Source: Leucoraja erinacea (Eukaryota). Taken from it: 64,000 nucleotides of DNA. Location: contig NC_073416.1 in the NCBI RefSeq assembly GCF_028641065.1, forward strand, positions 372,001-436,000, read 5' to 3'. Positions 1 to 12,518 of this stretch are shown one piece after another. Both the position numbers and the translations under genes were made by a program. How positions within the stretch are numbered: position 1 is the first letter of the stretch; the number at the start of each line of letters is the position of its first letter. The notes under the pieces were generated by a model, which saw only the letters and a program-made list of their open reading frames with translations, was not told the origin of the DNA and did no database searches.

Positions 1-288
1 GCGCCAAGTGAGGGTACCGCAAAAACAAACCAAAACTCAAGCGAGCTGGACTTCAATTCAGCGTGCGCTCGCAAGTTCAGCAAATGGCGAGACGCGAACT
101 CCGCGCTATCATCAGCACGCAGCCATTTTGTGACGGGAGCCATTTTGTAACGCCGGGCAAAAGACGCAATGTGCTGCAAAGTGAATCCCACACCCCCATA
201 CCCCCACCCCCGTGTTATTTACAGGTGTAAAAAGAATCGTGATCTGAATTGAGTTTGCTGGTCTAAAGCGTCGACTCCCCTCTTGCAG

Positions 289-523
289 GTACGATTTGAA
301 GACCTTGCCCCTGGACTTTGTGGAGTGTTTGAACCGTTTCCTGCCTCTGGAGAATGAGGTGAAGCTGCTGAAGCAATATGAGAAGGAGAGAAAGCCACTG
401 GACGATCTGTCCAACGAGGATCGCTTCATGATGCACTTCAGCAAAATCGAGCGCCTCTCCCAACGCATGACCATAATGACTTTCGTTGGCAACTTCGCCG
501 AAAACATCCAGATGTTGAATCCG
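289..523 (+). CDS. FMNL3: Formin-like 3 internal coding exon (FH2 domain)
   Basis: ttgcag| acceptor and CCG|gtaagt donor. Translates [78 protein letters not shown], matching the FMNL FH2 segment as recalled. Confidence 0.93.
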
Positions 524-946
524 GTAAGTCTCCTTTATCTCCCCCCACATCAGGTTATTTCGGGCACGGAAAAGAATCGTTTTCTGAACTGAGTTTGCTG
601 GTCTAAAGCGTCAAACAAGGGGACATGCAGGAGAATTAAGGGACTGAAGTTTGGGGGTAACATGAGGGGGAACTTCTTTACTCAGAGAGTAGTGGCTGTG
701 TGGAATGAGCTTCCAGTGAGGTGGAGAGGCAGGTTCTGGACGATCATTTCCAACGAGGATTGGATTCATGGATGCACTTCAGCAAAATGGAAGGTTCTCC
801 CTGAGCGCAGGACCATAATGACTAGGGGAGATTACTTCGCCGAAAACATCCAGATGTTGAATCCGGTAAGTCTCCTTTATCTCCCTCCACATCAGGAGCA
901 GTCGGGCACGGAATGTCCAGCTTCTAAAAGCAAGGGAAAGTAGTTA

Positions 947-1232
947 GGGCGGCACGGTGGCGCAGCGCTAGAGTTGCTGCCTCACAGCGCCAGAGACCCG
1001 GGTTCCATCCTGACTACGTAGGGGTGCTGTCTGTACGGAGTTTGCATGTTCTCCCCGTGACCCAGTTGGGTGTTTGCCGGTTTCCTCTCACCCTCCAAAG
1101 ACGTGCAGGTTTGTAGGTTAATTGACAGTATAATTGTCAATTGTCCCTAGTGTGTAGGATAGTGCTAATGTTTATGTGCTAAGGGTATGTTTCCACGTTG
1201 TGTCTCTAAGCTCAACTAAACTAAACCAAACT
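947..1232 (+). mobile_element. tRNA-derived V-SINE/HE1-like SINE
   Basis: Head GGTGGCGCAGC (A box) and GGTTC.ATCC (B box), conserved core ggagtttgcatgttctccccgtg, (CTAAA)n tail. Confidence 0.85.
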
Positions 1233-1944
1233 AGTGGAGTCATGACAGCAATTCACTAACATAAACAGAGCCATCTATTGTTGCCTGTTGCATGGACCAA
1301 GGAGATCGCAGTTTCCTGCCTGCTGTAATGCCTTATGTGATTTGGCCAAAGATGCGTTAGGCTGTGGCCTTTGTTGACTAATGCTCAAATGTTGAAGACC
1401 TGCTGGTTCGGCAACGGACTCGAGACAGTATGGACACTCCCGTGATGAGTACTCAGCGGGTAGGCAGCATCCATGGAGAACATGGAGAGCAGACGTTTGG
1501 CAGAGTGCTGGAGTAACTCGCGGGTCAGGCGCATCTGTGGAGTTTCCGGATTGCCGGTTTTCTCTCGTGCTCCAAACTCACGTGCAGGTTTGTCTGTTAG
1601 AACGGTATAGGTGACGTTTCACAGAGTGTGTAGTAACTCAGCGGGCGGGGCAGCATCTACTGGTGGGCTAAGGAAATATTTCCACGTTTCGGGCCGAAAC
1701 CCGTAAGGTATGTTTCGGCCCGCTCAACTTGCCTAAACCAAACTATTTGGAGTCATGACAGCATTTCACTAACATAAATGCAGAGCCATCTAGTGGGTTG
1801 CCTGCATTGTGGAGAACATGGAGATCGCAGTTTCACTGCTGCTGTAATGCCTTATGTGATATGCGTTAGATGCGTTAGGCTGTGGCCTTTGTTGAATAAT
1901 GTTGAAGAATGTTGCACAAATGTGACTCGACTACAGAAATGGAC

Positions 1945-2116
1945 ACAGAGTGCTGGAGTAACTCAGCGGGTCAGGCAGCATCTGTGGAGAACATGGATAG
2001 GTGACGTTTCACAGAGTGCTGGAGTAACTCAGCGGGTCAGGCAGCATCTGTGGAGAACATGGATAGGTGACATTTCACAGAGTGCTGGAGTAACTCAGCG
2101 GATCAGGCAGCATCTG
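1945..2116. repeat. 66-bp tandem repeat of a pseudo-LTR fragment (about 2.6 copies)
   Basis: acagagtgctggagtaactcagcgggtcaggcagcatctgtggagaacatggataggtgacgtttc starting at 1945, 2011 and 2077. Confidence 0.85.
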
Positions 2117-2124
2117 CATAAATT

Positions 2125-2985
2125 ACCTACCCTTTATTCTAAGACTGTGGCCCCTGGTTCTGGACTCGCCCAACATTGGGAACATTTTTCCTGCATCTAG
2201 CTTGTCCAGTCCTTTTATAATTTTATAATTTTCTATATGTTTCTATAAGATCCCCCTCATCCTTCTAAACTCCAGTGAATACAAGCCTAGTCTTTTCAAT
2301 CTTTCCTCATATGACAGTCCCGCCATCCCAGGGATCAACCTCGTGAACCTACGCTGCACTGCCTCAATCACAAGGATGTCCTTCCTCAAATTAGGAGACC
2401 AAAACTGTACACAATACTCCAGATGTGGTCTCACCAGAGCCCTATACAAGTGCAGAAGAACCTCTTTACTCCTATACTGAAATCCTCTTGTTATGAAGGC
2501 CAACATTCCATTAGCTTTCTTCACTGCCTGCTGTACCTGCACGCCAACTTTCAGTGACTGATGTACAAGGACGCCTAGGTCTCGCTGTACCTCCCCCTTA
2601 CCTAACCGAACCCCATTGAGATAATAATCTGCCCCCTTGTTTTTGCCGCCAAAGTGGATAACCTCACATTTATCTATATTACACTGCATCTGCCACGCAT
2701 CTGCCCACTCACTCAACCTGTCCAGGTCACCCTGCAACCTCCTAACATCCTCTTCACAGTTCACGCTGCCACCCAGCTTTGTGTCTTCCGCAAACTTGCT
2801 AGTGTTGCTCCTAATTCCCTCTTCCAGATATATGGTAAACTGTTGCGGCCCCAACACCGAGCCTTGCGACACTCCACTCGCCACTGCCTGCCATTCTGAA
2901 AAGGACCCGTTCACTCCTACTCTTTGCTTCCGGTCTGCCAACCAATTTTCTATCCATGTCAACACCCTACCCCCAATACCATGTG
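2125..2985 (-). mobile_element. CR1 LINE reverse-transcriptase fragment
   Basis: ORF 2243-3046(-) reads GVSQGSVLGP...SKFAEDTKLGG...[19 protein letters not shown], the CR1 RT and C-terminal region. Confidence 0.92.
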
Positions 2986-3043
2986 ATCTCATGTTGTTCG
3001 GGGAGATGGCTGTAAGATTTATTTGTTCTACTTTTTCTTTTAG

Positions 3044-3112
3044 CAATTGAATGCAATAATAGCAGCCTCGATGTCTATCAAGACCTCACAGAAGTTGAAG
3101 GCTATGTTGGAG
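3044..3112 (+). CDS. FMNL3: FMNL3 exon (FH2)
   Basis: ttttctttTAG| acceptor and GAG|gtgagt donor, 69 nt, phase 0/0. Encodes QLNAIIAASMSIKTSQKLKAMLE, directly continuing the previous exon. Confidence 0.93.
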
Positions 3113-4262
3113 GTGAGTGGTTTCATTCTAGGCCCACACCGGGTAGGACTGCCTGAGGTATCTAGGCTGCAATGCCAGAGTAAGTAGGCCCATGCTAATT
3201 CACAGGCACTGGCCTGCAGAGACCTCGTAGCTCAGCTGGTAAAGGGCAACCATGATGTGCTGTATACTCATGGTCAGGGTTGCCAGGCGGCTGCAGAGAA
3301 AGAAAGGCACCTGCATTTCTATAGCGCCTTGTCATGTGCTGCCGATAACTGCCGTAGTAAAGGAGTAGCCATGGCAACCATACCTTGGTTGAGCACGCTC
3401 CCACAGACTTAACGCATTTGGAGAAGTTATTCCCTTATCCTAAACATTATTCCCTTATCTTAAACGTTATTCCCTTATCATGTATCTATACACTGTGAAT
3501 GACTAGATTGTAATCATGTGTTGTCTTTCCGCTGACTGGTTAGCACGCAACAAAAGCTTTGCACTGTGCCTGTATGTGTACGTGACAATAAACTAAACTA
3601 AAACTGAACTGAAACGGAGATGATGAAGTATTACCAGCGCTGGAGGTGACCACTCGTGCCGTCCCTGCTGTCCCTCTGCCCTTTTGGGGACAGTGCCCGC
3701 CATTCCTTTGCCTCCACCCTGGGAGGTTAAAAGACAGGGGTTGACTAGGGCCTTAGCTGAAAGATGGCACCTCCCACAGTACAGCACTGTAGTGTTCCTT
3801 GGCACTGCACCAGGGAAAGCTCCAACAGTGCCCCGGCCCAAGCTGGCAGCCAGCACCACACTGACCCACTGATAGTGCCCTCTGCCTCCACTGCCCCACA
3901 TAGGCATGGCTGTGCCCAGTCTGACCGTCACCTCAGATGGCAGCCATATCCAGGGAAGGAATGAAGGGGGACCCAGCATGGGGGGTGGGGGGGAGGAGGC
4001 GAGAGAACCAAAGGAGACCCGTCGGATACCGTGGATACTTTGTGACTGTCGGCGCCCTTTATGTGGCAGCTATTTGCATACCATGTGAATTCACTGTGAC
4101 TCGTCACTTGTGGCAATAAAGCATCTTCCATTGAAATTCAGATGACAGCGCAGTGTGACTCACTCGCTCCGTCAATGCTGCTGTCCTATGCCCTTTCCCG
4201 TCCGGGACAGTGAGGTCTGCCACTGTGTTGCCTCCAATAATGGGCCCTTCCCCCTCTCCCAG

Positions 4263-4344
4263 GGATTATCCTGGCGCCTTAGGTGACTATGGCACCTAGC
4301 AAACGTGGAGCTGTGTAGGCTTCAAACTGCAGAGCTTGCACCAG
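4263..4344 (+). CDS. FMNL3: FMNL3 exon (GNYMN motif region), frameshifted in this sequence
   Basis: ctctcccAG| acceptor and CAG|gtatgt donor. Pieces read IILA..LG..SKRGAV..GFKLQSL, but indels break the frame (82 nt versus the expected 81). Confidence 0.75.
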
Positions 4345-4585
4345 GTATGTAACTATTCCACTCACCTTCTCTGCTGCATTTTTGTTACTGATGATGTGTT
4401 TAAAAGCTGCTGCAATCTGCAGTGTGTGGGACCTCTTCATCAATGCAGTGAACAATTCTGGAGAGTAGTTTGCTAATCCGATGGGCTGTCAAAGCAGCCT
4501 GTAGGAAGGAACTGCAGGCCCTGGTTTAAGTCAAAGGTAGACGCAAAATGCTGGAGTAACTCAGCGGGACGGGCAGCATCTCTGG

Positions 4586-5030
4586 AAACATAGACATAGA
4601 AACATAGAAATTAGGTCCAGGAGCAGGCCATTCGGCCCTTCGTGCCTGCACCGCCATTCAATATGATCATGGCTGATCATCCAACTCAGTATCCCGTACC
4701 TGCCTTCTCTCCATACCCTCTGATCCCCTTGGCCATAAGGGCCACATCTAACTCCCTCTTAAACATAGCCAATGAACTGGCCTCAACTACCCTCTGTGGC
4801 AGAGAGTTCCAGAGATTCACCACTCTCTGTGTGAAAAAAGTTCTTCTCATCTCGGTTTTAAAACGGATTTCCCCCTTATCCTTAAGCTGTGACCCCCTTG
4901 TCTGGGACTTCCCTGAACAGCAGGAACAATCTTCCTGCATCTAGCCTTCCAACCCCTTAAGATTTTGTAAGTTGGTATGTATCCCTATTCAATCTTCTAA
5001 ATTCTAGAGAGTATAAACCAAGTCTATGAT
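4586..5030 (-). mobile_element. CR1 LINE 3' end
   Basis: (ACATAGAA)n tail and FFTQRVVNLWNSLP on the minus strand. Confidence 0.88.
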
Positions 5031-5224
5031 GTGTTCATAAGACTGCTGCAATCAGCAATGTGTGGTGAACCTCTCTCTGCAACCCTCTACGGGAACGGGT
5101 GACGAGAGGGTTTGCCCTTCATGGGCGTCAAAGCATGCCTTTCTCTAGAAGATGCTGCCTGTCCCGCTGAGTTTAAGCAAAGGTCCAAACCAAAGTTCTT
5201 GTGATTCTAAAGACTGACACAAAC

Positions 5225-5632
5225 GGGCAGCATCTCTGGAGAAAGGAATGGGTGACGTTTCGGGGCGAGACCTTTCCTCAGACTGAGAGTCGGGGGGGGG
5301 GGGGGGGGGTGGTGTGGAACTAGAGGTATGTAAAGGCACAGGACAAATCAGAGCCGGCACTGATGACCAAAAAAGGTGGAGCCCACAATGGTCCGTTGTG
5401 GAAGAGGTGATAATGAAGGGATACGAACAGTGGAACTAGTAGGACCACTAGGGTGTGGGAGGGATGGAGAGAGGGGGAATTCAAGGGCTACTTGAAGTTA
5501 GAGAAGTCAATGTTCACACCGCTGGGGTGTAAGCTGTCCAAGTGAAATATGAGGCGCTGTTTCTCCAACTTGCGTGTGGCCTCACTCTGACAGTGGAGGA
5601 GGCCCAGGACAGAAAGGTCAGTGTGGGAATGA
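5225..5632 (-). mobile_element. Penelope-like element 3' fragment
   Basis: Reverse strand reads HSHTDLSVLGLLHCQSEATRKLEKQRLIFHL...GVNIDFSN (GIY-YIG C-terminus), followed by the same pseudo-LTR family. Confidence 0.8.
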
Positions 5633-6270
5633 CATGTTGGCCTTCATAACGAGAGGAGTTGAGTTATAGGAGCAAAGAGGCCCTTCTGCAGTTGTACAGG
5701 GCCCTGGTGAGACCACACCTGGAGTATTGTGTACAGTTTTGGTCCCCTAATTTGAGGAAGGACATTCTTGCTATTGAGGGAGCCCAGCATAGGTTCACCA
5801 GGTTAATTCCCAGGATGGTGGGACTGTTGTATGAGGAAAGATTGGAACGACTGGGCTTGTATTCACTGGAATTTAGAAGGATGAGAGGATATCTTATAAA
5901 AACATATACAATTATATAAGGACTGGACAGGCTAGATGCAGGGAAAATGTTCCCAATGTTGGGGGAGTCCAGAACCAGGGGCCACACACTGTTTAAGAAT
6001 AAGGGGAGGCCATTTAAAACTGAGGTGAGAAACAAATTTTTCACCCAGAGAGTTGTGAATTTGTGGAATTCTCTGCCACAGAGGGCAGTGGAGGCCAATT
6101 CACAAAAGAGAGTTAGATGGAGCTCTTGGGACTAGCGGAATCAAGGGATATGGGGAGAAGGCAGGAACGGGGTACTGATTGTGGATGATCAGTCATGATC
6201 ACATTGAATGGCGGTGCAGGCTCAAAGGGCCGAATGGCCTCCTCTTACACCTATTTTCTATGTTTCTATG
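5632..6270 (+). mobile_element. CR1 LINE 3' end
   Basis: [19 protein letters not shown]...RVVNLWNSLP with a ttctatgt tail. Confidence 0.9.
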
Positions 6271-6437
6271 TCCCTATGGCAAACGCAGAGGTATGGGGCA
6301 ATGGGAAGCCTTTCTGCTTAGGGTCCAGGGAGCAAGCCATTGGAGTTAGCGGACGAGCTCCTTCAGCGAAAGCTCCTGCTGAGGGTTTGGCCTAGTGCAA
6401 GTAGAGAACCTGGCACCGGCTATACCCAGGCCTAGTT

Positions 6438-6744
6438 CTAGTTTAGTTTAGAGATACAGCACGGAAACAGGCCCTTCGGCCCACCGAGTCCGTTCCAACC
6501 AGCGATCACACTAAACTATCCTACACACACTGGGGACAATTTACAATTTATACCGACACCAATGAACCTACAAACCCGCACGTCTTTGGAATGTGGGAGA
6601 GAACCGGAGCGCCCGGAGAAAACCCACGCAGGTCACGGGGAGAACGTGCAAACTCCGTACAGACAGCACCCGTGGTCAGGATGGAACTCGGGTCTCTGGC
6701 GCTGTGAGGCGGCAAATTCTACCGCTGAGCCACCGTGCCGCCCC
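6438..6744 (-). mobile_element. tRNA-derived SINE
   Basis: Reverse-complement copy of the same family. Confidence 0.85.
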
Positions 6745-7439
6745 TGGTAATGTGGGGCTTTTCTGAGGTGTTTCCAGGGACCAGTCTGTGTAGAAGTCTG
6801 TGGCAGAGAGGACAGAGAGCGAGGGAGAGGGAGAGAGAAGGATGGTGAGAGGGAGAGAGAGAGAGAGAAGGAGAGGAGAGAGGAAGGAGAGAGGAGGGAG
6901 AGGGAGAGAGAGAGAGGGAGAGGGAGAGAGAGAAGGAGAGGAGAGAGATGGAGAGAGGGGCCATTTGTGCAGCTGGACTGGGTCACACATCCAGCAACTG
7001 CAGACATGAAGGCAGACTTGTCATTGCGTGGTTTCCCCTCCCCCTTCAGGACAAACACACAACGTGGTCTAAATATAGCAGCTCAGTTAATCAAAATCAC
7101 ATTCCATTCATTTGTGTTTGGATCATTCCCGACTGAAACAGGATGTGCTCCCCAACTGTTTATTTCATGCGCTGGAGTGTTCAGAGACCCTCTGAGCCTC
7201 TGCCAATCTCCCAGCGTGTGGTGGAAACTGTACCAGAGGGGGCAATGCTGGCAGTGGCTCTGTCCGTGAGCGAGTGGGCATAGCGCAGGCATCAGCTGGC
7301 ACGGCTCTCGTTTTCAGAAGCAAACTGCTTGCCTGACCTTTTCTTCTAACTTCAGCCCCAACTCCTTTCCATTCACCGCTCCAGGTCACGGGGCCGACCG
7401 CAAACACCTTCAAAACGTGACCATTGATTCCAATTCAAT

Positions 7440-8110
7440 GAGTCAGCGATATTTTCTTCCCTTCCCTCCCGCACCACCCCCTCCCCGGGCACTTTCCGTT
7501 GCAACCGCAAGAAATGCAACACTTGTCCCTTCACCTCCCCCCTCGACTCCATTCAAGGACCCAAGCAGTCGTTCCAGGTGCGACAAAGGTTCACCTGCAT
7601 CTCCTCCAACCTCATCTACTGCATCCACTGCTCTAGGTGTCAGCTGATCTACATCGGGGAGACTAAGCGGAGGTTGGGCGATCGTTTCGCCGAACACCTC
7701 CGCAATAACCAACCTGATCTCCCGGTGGCTCAGCACTTCAACTCCCCCTCCCATTCCCAATCCAACCTCTCTGTCCCGGGTCTCCTCCATTGTCAGAGTG
7801 AGCAACAGTGGAAATTTGGAGGAACAGCACCTCATATTCCGCCTGGGTTGCTTGCGTCCTGATGGCATGAACGTTGAATTCTCCCAATTTTGCTGTCTCC
7901 TCCCCTTCCTTAACCCTCAAGCTGTCTCCTCCCACCCTCCTATCCGCCCGGCCCTCGGGCTCCTCCTCCTCCCCTTTTCCTTCCTTCTTCCCCCCTCCAC
8001 CCCCCATCAGTCTGAAGAAGGGTTTCGGCCCGAAACGTCGCCTATTTCCTTCGCTCCATAGATGCTGCTGCACCCGCTGAGTTTCTCCAGCATTTTTGTG
8101 TACCTTTTAT
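7440..8110 (+). mobile_element. Penelope-like element 3' part (GIY-YIG endonuclease plus pseudo-LTR)
   Basis: RFTCISSNLIYCIHCSRCQLIYIGETKRRLGDRFAEHLR...VAQHFN...EEQHLIFRLG...GMN is a PLE GIY-YIG domain (frameshifted). It is followed by a pyrimidine tract and a hammerhead-like motif at 8012-8039. Confidence 0.88.
8012..8039 (+). ncRNA. Minimal hammerhead-ribozyme-like motif downstream of the PLE ORF
   Basis: CTGAAGA-A-GGG-tttcgg-CCC-GAAA-CGTC, located in the pseudo-LTR after the GIY-YIG coding remnant. Confidence 0.5.
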
Positions 8111-9742
8111 ATTTTCTTGTTATATGTTCCGAGGCGCTGTAAAATGCTTTGCTCTGCTGACAACCGTGTAAAAGCCTATAGCACACCTCGCCCTGACAGT
8201 AGGCATGATGGGGCGGACAATGTTACAGAAGTTCACCGCACTGTCCTATCTACCGCCTGTCAACGCACGTCCCCATCGTTCTCGACAGCGCCCCTCTGCC
8301 CGTACATCTTTGGCTTGATTATGCAAGTAGAGCTGGGGGAATGTGGAGGGTCACATCTTCCACAGAGTGGGGAGTGAAAAGGTGAGATCCTTCCCCCCCT
8401 CATCACCCCACCACCTCCGACGAACGTTTATAACAAAAATAACCCAGATGCTGGAAATCTGAAACAAAGACGGAAAATGCTGGAAGGTTTGGTAGCATCC
8501 GTGGACAGAGAGACAAAATGACCAGGTTCCAGGTGTGGAGCCATTCATTGAAAGCTCCAAGACCTCAGTTCAATAGTTTTTCCTTGTCGGTGAGTGGGAA
8601 AGCGGGATATGTCACAAAGCCCGGAATATGAAGTTAGCTTTAGGTTGAGCTGCGCTCTGTCTAGGACAGCCTAGGGTCGGGCAGTCGGATGGTTTTTCAA
8701 GCTTGCTGGTGGAGTATGGCAAGTTGTATAGGTAAAGAAGATAGGCAAAAAGTGCTGGAGTAACTCAGCGGGACAGGCAGTATCTCTGGAGAGAAGGAAT
8801 AGGTGGCATTTCGGGTCAAGACCCTTCTTCACACAAGGAACTTTCTGATGATAGACACAAAATGTTGGAGTAACTCAGCGGGACAGGCAGCATCTCTGGA
8901 GAAAAGGAATGGGTGGCGTTTCGGATCGAGATATGTCGACCCGACACGTCACCCATTCCTTCTCTCCAGAGACGCTGCCTGTCCCGCTGAGTTACTCCAG
9001 CTTTCTGTGTCTATCTTCAGTGCAAACCAGCATCTGCAGTTCCTTGGTAGACAAAAATGCTGGAGAAACTCAGCGGGTGCAGCAGCGTCTATGGAGCGAA
9101 GGAAATAGGCAGCGTTTCGGGCCGAAACCCTTCTTCAGGGTGCCGTCTGTACGTTCTGCAGTTCCTTCCTACACACATGTTTGCTTTCTATTTCTTCCAC
9201 ACTTTCAGCAGGCACAACTTTATTTTGGTTCCACCAAGAAACTTTGTTTCTGTGTAAGATAGTTTGCAAAAGTGCCTTTCCCCCCCCCTCCAAGATGAGA
9301 ACAGCGAACTACTTGAAACAAATCTGGGTTTGCCAGCTGGCAGTGTGTCATCTTTGGTTGGCAATCGCTAGAATCCAAGAACAGTTTCTTTCAGAGGAGT
9401 TTAACTGGGTGCAGAGCCACAAGCCTACTGTTGGTCTTCAGCCCACAGACTTGGAACAGTCAAAGGACAAGTTCGCACTGCTCTTTATGACTTGGGAATG
9501 TGTCTACATGCAGCTCAGACACGGACCCTCCAGCTCAATGTGTCCACACTAACCACTATGGACCCCTCTGCACTAATCCCATTCACCAGAACTTTGCTCG
9601 TAGCTTCTCTGCTTTGGCAATTCAGGTGCTGGTCCAGATACCACTTGCATGTTGTGAGAGTCACAACCTCCACCACCCACTCAGCCAGCATGCTCATCTC
9701 GGTCCTAAAAAATTTCCCCTTTATCCTTAAACTGTGACCCCA

Positions 9743-10303
9743 GACTGAGACTGAGGAGACTGAAGAAGGTCCACCTGTCTCCTCAGATCCTGGTGAACTT
9801 CTACCGCTGCACCATCGAGAGCATCCTTACCAACTGCATCACAGTATGGTATGGCAACTGCTCTGTCTCCGACCGGAAGGCATTGCGGAGGGTGGTGAAA
9901 ATTGCCCAACGCATCACCGGTTCCTCGCTCCCCTCCATTGAGTCTGTCCAAAGCAAGCGCTGTCTGCGGAGGGCGCTCAGCATCGCCAAGGACTGCTCTC
10001 ACCCCAACCATGGACTGTTTACCCTCCTACCATCCGGGAGGCGCTACAGGTCTCTCCGTTGCCGAACCAGCAGGTCGAGGAACAGCTTCTTTCCGGCGGC
10101 TGTCACTCTACTCAACAACGTCAGTGACTCGGTGACTGCCAATCACCACCCCACCCCCCGCCCCCGGACACTTATTATTATTTATTCAAACCGTTTGCTA
10201 TGTCGCTCTTCCAGGGAGATGCTAAATGCATTTCGTTGTCTCTGTACTGTACACTGACAATGACAATTAAAATTGAATCTGAATCTGAATCTGAATCTGA
10301 ATC
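9743..10303 (+). mobile_element. Rex1/Babar-type LINE 3' end
   Basis: FYRCTIESILTNCITVWYG...HPNHGLFTLLPSGRRYRSL...NSFFP and a (GAATCT)n tail. The same tail is at 34395-34650, 42225-42400 and 45146-45198. Confidence 0.85.
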
Positions 10304-10583
10304 TTGTTCTGGATATCCTCCCTTATTCCTTTATCCTGTGGACGGCTCGATTGTAATCATGTATTGTCTTTCCGCTGACTGGTTAGCACGCAACAGAAGC
10401 TTTTCACTGTACCTCGGTACACGTGACAATAAACTGAACTGAGCTGAACAAGCTGAAGAGCTGCTGCTTCTCAATTTGACACCCCATAAGGAATCTAGTT
10501 TGCGAAAGACAACTGGTGAAGAGAAATAGAAAGCAACGTGATTTTTCTGTTGATTCTGAAATGTGTTTTGTTTGTGCGTGCAG

Positions 10584-10713
10584 CTCTCAGACACCAAATC
10601 GACGGATCGGAAGCTGACCCTGCTGCACTACATTGCGATCGTCGTGAAGAGGAAGTACTGCAACATCGCCACCTTCTGGAACGAGCTGCATTACATCGAG
10701 AAAGCCGCAGCAG
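10584..10713 (+). CDS. FMNL3: FMNL3 exon (FH2)
   Basis: gtgCAG| acceptor and G|gtcggt donor. Encodes [43 protein letters not shown], containing the FH2 TLLH motif. Confidence 0.93.
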
Positions 10714-10759
10714 GTCGGTGCCAACTTTCTGCTCCAGCTGCCTGCTGTCAACAAGAGAT

Positions 10760-11243
10760 TAGAAACATAGAAACATAGAAATTAGGTGCAGGAGTAGGCC
10801 ATTCGGCCCTTCGAGCCTGCACCGCCATTCAATATGATCATGGCTGATCATCCAACTCAGTATCCCGTACCTGCCTTCTCTCCATACCCTCTGATCCCCT
10901 TGGCCACAAGGGCCACATCTAACTCCCTCTTAAATATAGCCAATGAACTGTGGCCTCAACTACCCTCTGTGGCAGAGAGTTCCAGAGATTCACCACTCTC
11001 TGTGTGGAAAAAGTTCTCCTCATCTCGGTTTTAAAGGATTTCCCCCTTATCCTTAAGCTGTGACCCCTTGTCCTGGACTTCCCCAACATCGGGAACAATC
11101 TTCCTGCATCTAGCCTGTCCAACCCCTTAAGAATTTTGTGAGTTTCTATAAGATCCCCTCTCAATCTCCTAAACTCTAGAGAGTATAAACCAAGTCTATC
11201 CAGTCTTTCTTCATAAGACAGTCCTGACATCCCAGGAATCAGA
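10760..11243 (-). mobile_element. CR1 LINE 3' end
   Basis: ORF 10919-11230(-) GLSYEERLDRLGLYSLE and an (ACATAGAA)n tail, about 45 bp from an FMNL3 donor. Confidence 0.9.
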
Positions 11244-11264
11244 TTGGCAGAGTTTAACTTCTGT

Positions 11265-11579
11265 AGTTTAGTTTAGTTTAGTTTAGAGATACAGAGTGGC
11301 CCTTTGGCCCACCGAGTCCACACCGACCAGTGATCACCGCACACTGACACTAATGCACACTACACACTAAGGGCAATTTACACTTACACCAAGCCGATTA
11401 ACGTACAAACCTGTACATCTTTAGAGTGCGGGAGGAAACCGATGATTTTGGAGAAAACCCACGTAGGTCACGGGGAGAACGTGCAAACTCCGTACAGACA
11501 GCACCCGTAGCCGGGATCGAAAACCAGGGTCTGCATTCGCTGTAATGCAGCGACGTTACCGCTGCACCACCGTACCGCC
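11265..11579 (-). mobile_element. tRNA-derived SINE
   Basis: (TTTAG)n tail and core on the minus strand. Confidence 0.85.
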
Positions 11580-11827
11580 ATTCTGTAGGTCCCTTCGTTA
11601 TATTGCCTTTCAGCAAGGCAGGTAAACAGGATAGACATCCTTTACTGATGAGGATCAACATTGAACTAATAGCAGCAACAGATGCAGCAATTTATCACAA
11701 GTCAGTCTACATTGTACACATCAATAAACACTGCTGCCATAACAAGGGAACAAACAGAAAATAATCACCCACATCTTATTCTGTCAATTAACCATTTATG
11801 TACAATATACAATTATGGATAAAATTA

Positions 11828-12220
11828 CAGCCCCTCCACTGATATTCCGGCCCCCATGGTTCCGGAGTCTTTCCGGATTATCCGTGTTGCCGGACCAACA
11901 GAGGTCACGGCCTCCGAGAGGAGCCCAACAGCACCGGAATGTTCCACCTAGGCTGCCGAGGGGCCGAGGTACCGGCCCGCAAAGCCGGCCTCGGATGTTG
12001 GCCGCGGGAACGGACCTGCCGGAGTTCCAGAGCCCCAGCCGCGTGGGGGGGGAGGGGCAGATTGGACCCTTTGATCGGCCTCTGAAGTCCCGATGAGGTG
12101 GAGATTGGCCGTCCCATCCGGGGGGGACTTCCGGGGGAATTTCAAGTGCGCTCTCGGAATTTTGTCCGGATTAAAGGAGGTGCTGGACCAGCAGATTCCG
12201 GAAAATCCCTGGTGGACCTG
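11828..12220. mobile_element. Tigger-like MITE with imperfect TIRs
   Basis: TA-CAGCCCCTCCACTGATATTCCGG ... CCGGAAAATCCCTGGTGGACCTG-TA, GC-rich interior. Confidence 0.65.
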
Positions 12221-12518
12221 TACTTATAAAGCACATCTCTTCACACTCAGGAACTAAACATTATTAAGTCTACTCATGTTCTAATCTTTGCATCTTCAAC
12301 CTACAGATAAACTATACATAACTACTTTGCTCTATATATCCTGTCTACAGATAAACCCAATGGATAACTTCTCCAATGCCTTGATATACAGTATAACATC
12401 CACATCTTGCACTGTAGAAAGCCATGACCGCAGTGTAACACACCCGTTTCACAACATTCCCAAAACTTCACATAGACCAATATCCCATTAACTATGCCAA
12501 TAATTGCAATGACAAATC

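Noticed and set aside
1-190. CpG-rich stretch at the window start with a gccattttgt direct repeat
   Set aside because: Possibly the end of a transposon, but truncated by the window edge and not classifiable.
947-1020. tRNA genes
   Set aside because: The A/B-box heads belong to SINEs with core and LINE-derived tails. No complete cloverleaf.
2243-3046. 267-aa ORF as an active reverse-transcriptase gene
   Set aside because: Truncated CR1 fragment with a degenerate catalytic motif (FAED), a deletion and a premature end.
6798-6960. Low-complexity ORFs over a GA-rich tract
   Set aside because: Simple purine-rich repeat.
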